NCBI GenBank assembly: GCA_964019335.1
Contig: OZ025650.1
Coordinates: 496,001 to 560,000 of the forward strand
Reading direction: 5' to 3'
Origin: Diplonema japonicum
Lineage: Eukaryota; Protista; Euglenozoa: Diplonemea
Length of the DNA stretch: 64,000 nucleotides
Of this stretch, positions 54,750 to 64,000 are shown piece by piece; the first letter of the stretch is position 1; each line of letters starts with the position of its first letter. Under the pieces are notes generated by a model. It did not search any database. It was not told the origin of the DNA and worked only from the letters and a program-made list of their open reading frames with translations. The translations under genes and the position numbers were made by a program.

Positions 54750-56022
54750 TGCCAAAAAAAAAGTAGGAACAAGCAATGCAGGAATGAAACCTTTTTGTGC
54801 TTTCAAAAAGTTACAAAACTTGCTCAGAAGTTGTGAAAGCTTTATCAAGAGTGTTGTATTCAGCCAGAGGCCTCGTGGCCCCGTCGTATAGTACCGATCC
54901 TGTTTCTCATCATCGCAGGGTGGCTGCGGAAGTCAGGAGGGAGAGGGAAAGAAAAACCTGATAAACTATGAACAACAAACAAGAGTCAGCCTCCTCGACC
55001 TATTCTTTGGGTGCTCATCTCCCAGGGGTTTCCCGGGATGCACAGAGATTCCTTGTGTAAAAACAAAAATCATCATTTGTTTGCTTTCCTGTTGCAGTTC
55101 GAGAACTTTTTTATTTCTTTTATGCTTTTCTTTTTTTTTCTTCTCATTCAACTATTTATGTAGGACCACACCAAGGCACACAAAAGACACATGGAAGGAA
55201 GTGAAGGTGTGCTGGTTAAATGTGGTTCTGAGCTTTGCTGTTGCGTGCGTTGAAAAGGGAGGGCGGGATCTTTTACTTCTCCCCAACAGAGTGTGTGGAG
55301 ACCCATCCCTCCCAAACCTGTCGTCACGCGTAGTACCTCTGACTGGAGAAGAGTTGGTCTGCCGCGGTGCACTTTGCTCAGTGGTCAGGACAAATTGCAG
55401 TTACTGTCGTCAGGAACGAGTGTTTCCGACTGAGAGATCAGGTATTTGATAACTTACAGGTTGTCATCACTGCGTTGCGTTCATTGCATAGATTAAGTAT
55501 GAATGGTTCGTCTGCCACGTCCGCCACCGGAGGAGGTGGTTGGTTTCGCCAGAGGCGTAACTACACAACTGATGCGCGCAGCACGTTGGAAGATGCAGCA
55601 CCACAATTGCAAATAAGAAGGCTGTTATTGTTCCCCTGCAAAAAGTTCAGCGGTGTCCTAAGGGTAATTAAGTTGCCATTTCTCGGGCATCGCATCTTGT
55701 GCTCCGACTGGGGCGGCATCATAGTGATTGTCATCATCTTTCCGTCGGGGTATGGAAGGAGGTAGGATTCTTTTTTTTTATTGCTCAGAAGTTGTGAAAG
55801 CTTTATCAAGAGTGTTGTATTCAGCCGGAGGCCTCGTGGCCCCGTCGTATAGTACCGATCCTGTTTTTCATCATCGCAGGGTGGCTGCGGAAGTCAGGGA
55901 GAAGAGAAAAAACAAAAAAGAAAAACTTAAAAGAGTCAGCCTCCTCGACCTATTCTATATATGCTCATCTCCCAGGGGTTTCCTGGGATGCACAGAGATT
56001 CCTTGTGTGGAATAATCATCAT
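53625..56022 (-). ncRNA. snoRNA cluster 2: C/D-A 53625-53703, AGA-1a 53762-53831, C/D-B 53906-53986, AGA-2 54018-54084, C/D-C 54150-54240, C/D-D 54313-54399, AGA-1b 54442-54512, AGA-3 54561-54627, AGA-4 54679-54750, C/D-E 54824-54913, C/D-F 54986-55076, H/ACA 55156-55330, C/D-H 55378-55470, C/D-C 55647-55737, C/D-E 55785-55874, C/D-F 55936-56022
   Basis: Box-to-box sequence matches to the cluster at 1955-4015 and to 7-99. Confidence 0.85.
55156..55330 (-). ncRNA. two-hairpin box H/ACA RNA, copy 2
   Basis: Matches 3466-3640 with a compensatory pair change (55275/55296). Confidence 0.8.
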
Positions 56023-56338
56023 TTACTTGTTTCAAAATGCATTTCATCAACTAGTGGTCACTGGTTATCAACTAGTGGTATCACTTGAAGGCGCAGTTGC
56101 CTAGCAAGCTCCCTCAGTCACTTGATCAACATCAGATCACGCGTAGAGTTGTTGTCTGTATGAAATGAGTGGAGAAGCAAGTTGCTCAGTCAATAAAGAT
56201 GATAAACTAGGGAGGAGGTTGGTGGGTGGGGTAACTTCGGGTTAAAATCAGTTTGTAACATCTTGGTAGATGATTACATTTCCAGGAGCGTAATAAGAAC
56301 AGAGGGTACAATATACAAGATTTGCTATTGCAAGGTTT

Positions 56339-57820
56339 CTACTTCTTCTTGGCGATGACCTTCTCGGTGGTCTTGGTGACCTTGCCAAGCATGACGACAC
56401 CGTTGCCCTCCATGATGGCGACACGGGAGAGACCCTCGCAGTTCTTGAAGGTGTCGACGACAAGGGGCTGCTGGGGGGCGAAGACGACCTCAGCCATCTC
56501 GTTGGCCTTCAGGCAGTGGGGCTCCTCAGCCTTCTTACCGCCGGTCTCCTTACCCATCTTCCACACCAGCTGGGTCATCCTCACGGCGGACCTACCGGTC
56601 CTCACGAAGCACACGGGGGTGTACCCGACCTTGAGCTCACCGGGGTGGTCCAGGATCTGCACCTGCGCGTTGAAGGTACCGGCCTCCTTCAGGGAGGCGT
56701 CCTTCTTGTAGATCATCACGTCACCGGTCCTGGGCATGTTGTCCTTGTTGAGACCCTTCACGTTCAACCCAACGTTGTCACCAGCCTTGGCGTCCTCGCA
56801 CCTCTTGTGGTGCATCTCGCAGGTGAAGACCTTACCCACGCACGCGTTGGCGGCGGTGTGGGTGGGGAGGAAGAGCACTTCCTCACCGGGCTTCACGATA
56901 CCCTGCTCCACACGACCGGTAATAACATCACCGACACCCTTGATCTGTATTTATTTGTGTGTGCGTGCGTGTGCGTGTGTTGTTTATTTTATTTCTATTT
57001 TGTTGTTTCATACCTTGTACACACCCGAGACGGGCATCCTCATGGGAGCGTCGTTCTTCCTCTCAGGCATCCTCACCATCTTGTCAAGAGCGTCAACAAG
57101 GGTGTCGATGTGGAGCTTCTCGTCAGCACCGACAAGAACATCCTGACCCTTCCACCAGTCCATCTTGGTGGACTTCTTCAGAAGGTTGTCACCGATCCAA
57201 CCCGAGATGGGGAGGACGGGGACGTTCTTCTCAACGAAGTCCTTCTTCCAACCGGTCTTCACCAACATGCTCTTCATCTCCTCCTTGATCTCGTTGTACC
57301 TCTCCTCCTTGTACTGGGCGACGTCGCAGTCCATCTTGTTGATACCAACGATGAGCTGCTTCACACCGAGAAGGTTGATGAGACGGGCGTGCTGCCTGGT
57401 CTGCCCCTGGATCTCACCAGCCTTGTGGTTACCCCTCGCGATGGCGGACACGAAGTTACCGTCAGCGGGGATCATCAGAAGGGCCACGTCGGCCTGCGAG
57501 GCTCCGGTGATCATGTTCTTGATGAAATCCCTGTGCCCGGGGGCGTCGATCACGGTGTAGTGCCACTTCTCCGTGAAGAACTCCTTGGTGGTGCAGGCGA
57601 TCGTCACACCACGCTCACGCTCCTCCTTCTGCCTGTCCATGTAGAAGGCGAAGGCGAAGGACTGCTTACCGAGACGCTCAGCCTCAGCCTTCAACTTCTC
57701 CATCTCACGCTCGGGGATTCCACCAAGCTCGAAGAGGAGACGCCCGGTGGTCGTCGACTTCCCGGAGTCGACGTGACCGCAGATCACGATCGACAAATGC
57801 TGCTTACCGTCGGTGGCCAT
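56339..57820 (-). CDS. EFL: EFL copy 3 (intron 56945-57013)
   Basis: Translation identical to copies 1 and 2. Confidence 0.95.
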
Positions 57821-57974
57821 GGTTTATGAGTTGATAGCTGTCGGGGGGTGGGTGGATGGATGGATGGATGGATGGATGGATGGGTGGGTGGGTGGGTGGG
57901 TGGTGATGGTTTTCTTTCTTTTTTTTTTTTCCCCCTCCCTTCTCACTCCAAAAAATTTACTGCAAATAATTTCT

Positions 57975-58597
57975 TCAGCGTTTATCAAATATCATCCCCA
58001 GTTTGCCTGCAAAGCAGTCAAATAAGCTACTCTTATCGTGTTTGGATCATCACAAGAATTCAAAAGCAAGCCAAAAGAAAACCAAGGCAAAGAGAGTCAC
58101 CCATCAATGAAAGTTCTAGGACAAGAAATGATGAGCTGAAGTAGGTAGCGAAGCACAGTCACAACTCGAGGCATTGTCCAGTGAAAACTATTCCGCAAAG
58201 AAAAACAGACGGAAAAAGGGGGGTGGAGGTACAGACATAAACAAACCGAAATACAAAGATTATAACTCACGAAAGTATTCATGTGAAACACGGAACATTG
58301 TACTTTCTCATCATCTCTTTGAGGAGTGGCTTTTCTTCTTTTTTTTCCACATGTTGTCTCCTGTCCCGACCCTTTTTGGAATCTTGGAACAGGGAGTATA
58401 CTGTTGGCAGCATGGGTGACCCCGCCACAGAGCTGTTTGTTCCCTCTTGGAGGGGAAAGCCTTCAAAAAGCAACGAAAAGCCCATCGTAAAAAGCTGTAA
58501 AAAGGTTCAGCGGTGTCCTAAGGGTAATTAAGTTGCCATTTCTCGGGCATCGCACCTTGTGCTCCGACTGGGGCGGCATCATAGTGATTGTCATCAT
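57975..58597 (-). ncRNA. snoRNA cluster 3: C/D-A 57975-58053, AGA-1a 58112-58181, truncated C/D-B, AGA-2 58379-58445, C/D-C 58507-58597
   Basis: Matches the proximal members of clusters 1 and 2. Confidence 0.85.
58243..58314 (-). pseudogene. C/D-B snoRNA copy lacking its D box
   Basis: A 23-nt deletion relative to 2222-2244 removes CTGA. Confidence 0.65.
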
Positions 58598-58703
58598 CTA
58601 AGGAGCGATCCAGAAGAGTTCTTCCCCAAAAACGTCTCTTGTCTGTATGAGCAGGTAAAAGTAAAATAGAACTACTATAAAACTGTTAAGGTGTTTAGAA
58701 AGG

Positions 58704-61700
58704 TTATCTGTGGAAAGCAGAGTGTAATCTTGTGGGTGTGGAAGTGGACGGGCGTGTGGGGATCACCCTAGCCGGTGGCCTGTTGCCAGGCGCAGATGCG
58801 ACACGGGGTGGCAACGGGTCGCGCTGGGAGGAAAGGTTGGGAAGGTTTCTCGAATCTTCAGACATTGGAGACGCAGTGTCGGGACCCATTCTGGGGAGAG
58901 TAGGGTGGGTGATGTTGAGATTAGAAAGGTGTTCTTTGTACACCTGGAGGTCCTTGAGGGTGCGTTGCAATTCAGACGCGCACTCGAAGTACTTCTTCTG
59001 CCACACCATTTCGTCTGTAACTGCATCTTGCTCTTCGCGCATTTGATTGAGTTTTACAAAGGCCCTCGTCTTCAAACGCTTCTCCTTCTTCACGTCTTCA
59101 CGAAGTCTGTCGATTTCTTTTGTCATTTCGTGCATGCCTGCCTTGTTAGTAGTAGGAGCTGGTGTGCTACTCTGCGGCGTGTTCCTTGGCTTCTCCTCGC
59201 CTTTTTCGTAGTTCCTTAGGAGCTTTTCAATGTCGTATTTCTCGTACTTCTCGTATCGTCGTGTTTTTTTCGTAAGTTCCTCCAACTGCTTGCTGTGGCA
59301 GACTTTCCAGGCAACAAGATGCTTCTTCTTCCGTTCTTGAAGGTCTAGATCACGAAGCAACTGCTCGACTTCCATTTCAGTTGCCGACAAGCTCTTTTGC
59401 GTTGAATTGAGCTGCTGCCTCATCAGCTCCTCTTTCTCCTCCACTTGTTCTTTGTTGCCCCAAAACTTGCTGCTCGCGTCGGCTTTGTCTTTCTCCAAAG
59501 CCGCAATCTTTTTTTGGTAATGGCTCTCGAGGTTGCTGATCTTCATCTCATGCCACAGTTTAAGTTTTGCAACTGTCATCTGAAGCTCTGCGTTGTGCTC
59601 TTTCAGCTTGTTTGTTTCTTCGTCATTGATCGCTATTCGCAGTGCCTGCCGCTTCATGTGCAGGGGAGCGACCTCGCTCTTTCCTATAGACATCATAGCA
59701 TGCCGCTTTATCTCCTCGAGGTTGATCTGCATCTCGCGGTACAGTTTTTTTTTGTGGTCCTTGAATTGTCCTTGCAAAAGCGCAATCTCATTCCGGAGAC
59801 CTGTCATATCTTCCTCGTACTCTGCCTTCACCTTCTCACGCACGATGGCCTCGAGTTGGGCTAATTCATCACGCAGCTCGTCGTTCTCCTTCTGCAAGCA
59901 ATTCTTGTGGAAGATCAAGTTGTACTTCTCATCGTTGACACGGGCAGCCACTCTCCGAGAGAGAGCTTTCTTATCAAGTTCACGAAGCTTTTCCAAGTGC
60001 AGTACTTTCTGCTCCCCTTTGAATAGAGCGTGTCGATGGTGTTGGATGATAAGTTCCGATGTCTCTGCAATGTCTTTCAGATGTTGCACTTGCCACTTCC
60101 GCAGATTGATGCCGAGGTTGTCCATCGCCATGCTAAGCAAGGGGGCTGGTATTTGATAGACAACGAAATCAGTACCTTCCTGCCGTGTGTGGGCTGCCTT
60201 GGTCATGACAGCAGTGTGGAAGTTGTTGAACATTTCCAGCTTCGCGGTTGAGTCGGGTTTGCACTCATCGGGATTCATCACCTGCACGACGGAGGCGTTG
60301 ACTGTTTCGCATATGCCCTTCAGTTTGATGACGGAAGAATGTAACAAGTGCTTGTTGATCTCTTGCTTTAATATCACTGTCTGCTTCTTTCGCAGCCCTA
60401 TTTCAGTACGTTTCTTCCTTCGCACACGACCGCGTGTGTCCTTCGTATCGCCACCATCTTCCTGCAAATCGTGTTCGTACTGCGCACGCGCTTTGCTGTT
60501 GATCACTTTCACAAAGTTGTCGTTGTACTGGACGGCATGGCGGTCGTGCATGACAGCGGCCCCGTTCTCCTTAGGCTCGAGCTTCCAACAGTAAAATGTT
60601 TTCAGCATTTCCCGCTCGATGCTGATCTCCAATGCTTCAGCGCTTGCCTTCACAGTACCCAGGGTCTGGTCACGTTCTCTGTCGTTACCGCTTCCTATCA
60701 TCACGTCCTCAACGAAAGACTGGTCGTTCTTCACATCACCTACGAAGTTGCTGATGTTGTTGTACTCTTGCAGGAGGGCTTTCCTATCTTCGTCACCTAA
60801 CCCGAGCAGGAAGGCATTCAAGAAGTGCAGTGGAGGGCTATAAGCACCAATCCACAAACTTGTGTTACCGACACGGTCGAAAAACCCTTCGTCGAAATGC
60901 GCCAATTTGTGTGCAGGTATTTGTTTGGGCTCGTCCCTCTCCCATTCGTACTCTAACAGCTGAAGCCTTCTGTAGACAGTGCGGTAGTCGGACGCAAACT
61001 GGGTTGAATAGAAAAAAAAAAGAAAGAAACGCCATACCTGCTCATCGGACAACCGCAGGAGCACACTCTTTGTCATGATGTGCGGATCCATTCGCGCCTC
61101 TGCAGTCACTAATGTAGTCTGCTTGCTTGCAGTTTCTAGTTGGACGAGTGCAGCAGCAACAATAGCGGCAGTGTTCTTCATAGGTTTTGCACCTCCTGGT
61201 GGGGACAAGAACGAATGCTTCAGCACGGTCACAGCAAGTACGAGCTTCAAAAACAAAACTTTATATGTGACCTCCATGAAAGAAGAAACAGCGCGAGTGT
61301 CAGATGGGTCGCTTAGCGCCTCCAAATCGGCTTGCACCTTCTTGAGCTCCCTAACTGCGTCAGACATCCCGACAGACACAGACGCTGTGATGTTTGCTGC
61401 GCTGTCCAGTTTTGACACCGTTGTACATATCAGGACGATGCAGTACATGTGGTACAAATGTGTTGTTGCATACTGCAGACAGTATGTAGTGCGCAAGTTT
61501 GAAGATAGGTCGGTGGTGGTGTGCCCATCACTACACTTTACTCCAGCCTGCTTTTCCTTTTCCCAGTTCCACTGAGTGTAAATCTGCATAAAGTGCGGAA
61601 TGTACCAAGGTTCTTCTATTCTGCCATCTAAAGCCATTAAACAGCTGCCATTCCATTGAGTCCCCTTTGTCTTTCCCTGGTTGGAAGTTGATGCTACAGT

Positions 61701-64000
61701 GTCCAAGTTGTCTTTAGCCAGTCCAACGCGCAGTACCTTGTCAATCCCAGGTATCTCATGTATATGCTTCTTGATGTCGTGGCTCTGCCTTGCTGCCTGC
61801 CAACGGAGAGCGAATGGCATCACAGAAGCGGTGATGCTCAAGCAGTACTCGTGGATCAGGTTATGTTTCAGCTCCTTCATCTTCTTCCTCAACAGCTCAG
61901 GCCTCCTGGACCTGAGTATTTCGGCCGTCCTCGCGTTGAGTTCTTCTAGGATTTGCCGCCTGTGCGATGACTTGATGTAGTTAATAGACAAGAACAGCGG
62001 TCTCAGCTGCTCTTGCGTTATAAAGCTGTCAACAAGCCATTGGGGGAAGGCATCGAGACCTCTTTCATCCTTTTGGTCATCTTCTTTAGATGCCTTCTGA
62101 ATGAAGTCTGCTGCTTTGCTCATTTTCGAATTTGTCACACCAGATTGATGGAACTCGTTGTCGTTTTGAGTGACAAATGTACTCCCCTGCTGCTTGACCT
62201 TTTCGTAAGCAAGGGATTGGTAATACATGTCTATGGGCAGTTGGTTGTACAACGTGGCGGCCACTAGAATATTTTTCTGCGCCATCTGAACATTTAAACT
62301 TCTCCTCAGGTCAGGGATGCTGTGTGACAAGATGCGTTTCAGCCCTGCAGCAGAATGAAAATCGAAGTGTGCCATGCCGTGTTCAAACTCGGCGATAGCC
62401 AGCTGTGTCAGATACTCTGTGCGCAGTGCGATGACCTCTGCCATGTCAATGTCGTCTGTGTGATCATCGATTTCTGCGTACGTTTTCCGTGTTTCGAAGT
62501 CCATCGCCTCGAACTGAAACTTCTTGACGTCGATGCCCATGAGGCAGCCCTGCTTTCTGTGTATGTTGTAGAGCAGCTCTGTCTCGTACAGAGCATCCAA
62601 CAGCGAGCTCCTTAGTATCACTGCCTCCATGGTGTCGTACCACAAGCTTCGCTGCAATGCTTCATCTTTCTTAACTTCGCCCTTCTTATTGGTGGGTACG
62701 TTTTCTTCCAGCAAACTGTTGATCACACCATGCACTGCTTCTGCATCGTCGAGAAACGACCTGTCATCAGTGTCCTCGTTGATGGCAGCACTCTGCAGCT
62801 GTCGCTGGACACGTTCCTCTTCGGTTAGCACCTTCCATTCCACGAACATCAACTGCAGTGCTTGTTGCTTAACAGCACTCAAGATACCCATGCCAGCACC
62901 AAAGTCATTCATCACATTCATCGTTATGTAATTGACAAGCTCCATAACATCAGCTATAACCCCCAAGCTAGAGTAGAAATCGAGGATGTTCACAACCGAC
63001 GATCCTGGGAACAGTGCGTTGTACAACTTGGTGTCCGATGTTGACATCTGTGGCAGCCCTGCGTGTGACCACCAGTCCATTGTGTTCGAGGCCTTGTAGA
63101 TGGAAGAGATTGAGCGCTTCTCCTCCGTGATCTGCGTGTTGATGATCTCCCTGATAAGCGAGTAGATCAGCTCGTAGACTATGGTTTCGTTAGAATAAGC
63201 TGCTGTGAAGTATGTGTCATTCAAATCGAGCATGGGGCGCATGGAAATGGTTTCCAGGATCAATTGAGAAAGTCTCGTGAGCTCTTCTGGGTCTGTAGAA
63301 TGCTCGTATGCTTCCATGTAGCAATCGATGACTTTTCGCTTCCCGTCTTGGAACCAGGTCTCGCACTCATAAAGATCTTCGAGAATGGTGACCCTATCCA
63401 CATCCTGCCCCTCTGCCACCTTGTACAGCCCAATGTAGTGCGTCCCTATTTTGAGGAGTTCGTGTTCAAGCGTTTCTAAATCGCGAAGAGCAAGGTCGTA
63501 GACGATGGCCTGGCCAAACCTGTCGATCACGGTGATGGACTTTCCCGTCACCCTGTACGTGTCGTCCCTGCATTCGATGGAACACATGGAATTTATCTCG
63601 GTTCTGTTTGCACCTAAAAAAGCGTCCTCTTCGCTCTGCAACCCGTCTATGTTAAACTGGTGTAGCTTCGCCGTGAAGTCCGAGACACCACCGTCACACT
63701 CAGCATCGTCATTCACACCATCTTCTTCGTCTTCTTCGTCAGCTTCGCCACCGAGTCCCGCACGGACTTTCGTGTGCGAGACGTAACCATACCTGTCAAG
63801 ACACAGCCGCCTTCTGATTGATGTGAAGTAATTTACAATATCAAGAAGCCGCTTCCTGAATTCTCTTATTCGAACGAATCGCAACAAGTACAGAGCTTGC
63901 TTCTTGTGGCTGGACAGACTCTGGGGCACTCTACTCTTTTCGGGCTGCTTCTTCGAACTGTGCTTGTCGGAATCAGGCTTTGCACGCACTGTTGCACGCT
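58704..64000 (-). CDS. very large helical/coiled-coil protein, 5'-partial (possibly CCDC162-like); probable in-frame intron 60999-61037
   Basis: 1761-aa ORF reaching the window edge; C-terminal coiled coil. The family call is from memory only. Confidence 0.8.
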   Translation of the reverse strand, partial: RATVRAKPDSDKHSSKKQPEKSRVPQSLSSHKKQALYLLRFVRIREFRKRLLDIVNYFTSIRRRLCLDRYGYVSHTKVRAGLGGEADEEDEEDGVNDDAECDGGVSDFTAKLHQFNIDGLQSEEDAFLGANRTEINSMCSIECRDDTYRVTGKSITVIDRFGQAIVYDLALRDLETLEHELLKIGTHYIGLYKVAEGQDVDRVTILEDLYECETWFQDGKRKVIDCYMEAYEHSTDPEELTRLSQLILETISMRPMLDLNDTYFTAAYSNETIVYELIYSLIREIINTQITEEKRSISSIYKASNTMDWWSHAGLPQMSTSDTKLYNALFPGSSVVNILDFYSSLGVIADVMELVNYITMNVMNDFGAGMGILSAVKQQALQLMFVEWKVLTEEERVQRQLQSAAINEDTDDRSFLDDAEAVHGVINSLLEENVPTNKKGEVKKDEALQRSLWYDTMEAVILRSSLLDALYETELLYNIHRKQGCLMGIDVKKFQFEAMDFETRKTYAEIDDHTDDIDMAEVIALRTEYLTQLAIAEFEHGMAHFDFHSAAGLKRILSHSIPDLRRSLNVQMAQKNILVAATLYNQLPIDMYYQSLAYEKVKQQGSTFVTQNDNEFHQSGVTNSKMSKAADFIQKASKEDDQKDERGLDAFPQWLVDSFITQEQLRPLFLSINYIKSSHRRQILEELNARTAEILRSRRPELLRKKMKELKHNLIHEYCLSITASVMPFALRWQAARQSHDIKKHIHEIPGIDKVLRVGLAKDNLDTVASTSNQGKTKGTQWNGSCLMALDGRIEEPWYIPHFMQIYTQWNWEKEKQAGVKCSDGHTTTDLSSNLRTTYCLQYATTHLYHMYCIVLICTTVSKLDSAANITASVSVGMSDAVRELKKVQADLEALSDPSDTRAVSSFMEVTYKVLFLKLVLAVTVLKHSFLSPPGGAKPMKNTAAIVAAALVQLETASKQTTLVTAEARMDPHIMTKSVLLRLSDEQVWRFFLFFFYSTQFASDYRTVYRRLQLLEYEWERDEPKQIPAHKLAHFDEGFFDRVGNTSLWIGAYSPPLHFLNAFLLGLGDEDRKALLQEYNNISNFVGDVKNDQSFVEDVMIGSGNDRERDQTLGTVKASAEALEISIEREMLKTFYCWKLEPKENGAAVMHDRHAVQYNDNFVKVINSKARAQYEHDLQEDGGDTKDTRGRVRRKKRTEIGLRKKQTVILKQEINKHLLHSSVIKLKGICETVNASVVQVMNPDECKPDSTAKLEMFNNFHTAVMTKAAHTRQEGTDFVVYQIPAPLLSMAMDNLGINLRKWQVQHLKDIAETSELIIQHHRHALFKGEQKVLHLEKLRELDKKALSRRVAARVNDEKYNLIFHKNCLQKENDELRDELAQLEAIVREKVKAEYEEDMTGLRNEIALLQGQFKDHKKKLYREMQINLEEIKRHAMMSIGKSEVAPLHMKRQALRIAINDEETNKLKEHNAELQMTVAKLKLWHEMKISNLESHYQKKIAALEKDKADASSKFWGNKEQVEEKEELMRQQLNSTQKSLSATEMEVEQLLRDLDLQERKKKHLVAWKVCHSKQLEELTKKTRRYEKYEKYDIEKLLRNYEKGEEKPRNTPQSSTPAPTTNKAGMHEMTKEIDRLREDVKKEKRLKTRAFVKLNQMREEQDAVTDEMVWQKKYFECASELQRTLKDLQVYKEHLSNLNITHPTLPRMGPDTASPMSEDSRNLPNLSSQRDPLPPRVASAPGNRPPARVIPTRPSTSTPTRLHSAFHR

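Noticed and set aside
55508-55590. Possible additional AGA hairpin in cluster 2
   Set aside because: Single copy, weak lower stem, no pocket match.
56038-56170. ATCAACTAGTGGT direct repeat and CATTTCAT/ATGAAATG inverted repeat in the EFL copy 3 flank
   Set aside because: Too short, no boxes, not shared with other copies.

Overview
Eukaryotic nuclear DNA, most likely from a diplonemid (Euglenozoa). The evidence for that is EFL instead of eEF1A, a BILBO1-type N-terminal domain, single-hairpin AGA-box snoRNAs, frequent cis-introns, and every credible host gene lying on the minus strand as one unidirectional, probably polycistronic and SL-trans-spliced cluster. About 29 protein genes can be reconstructed once very short (32-44 nt) GT-AG introns with A/C-rich rather than polypyrimidine 3' ends are removed. 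The main structure the ORF track misses is a repeated module: three apparently sequence-identical EFL genes (331-1812, 51989-53470, 56339-57820), each preceded on the same strand by a shuffled cluster of snoRNA genes. These comprise at least 9 box C/D families, 4 single-hairpin AGA families, and one canonical two-hairpin H/ACA RNA supported by a compensatory base change. Their guides converge on a few conserved LSU rRNA segments. The spacers also hold a decayed Crypton-like tyrosine-recombinase element inside an intron, a tRNA-headed SINE-like element, Helentron-like pieces and a MITE. All calls are by eye; rRNA targets were matched to conserved eukaryotic rRNA motifs recalled from memory, not by database search.
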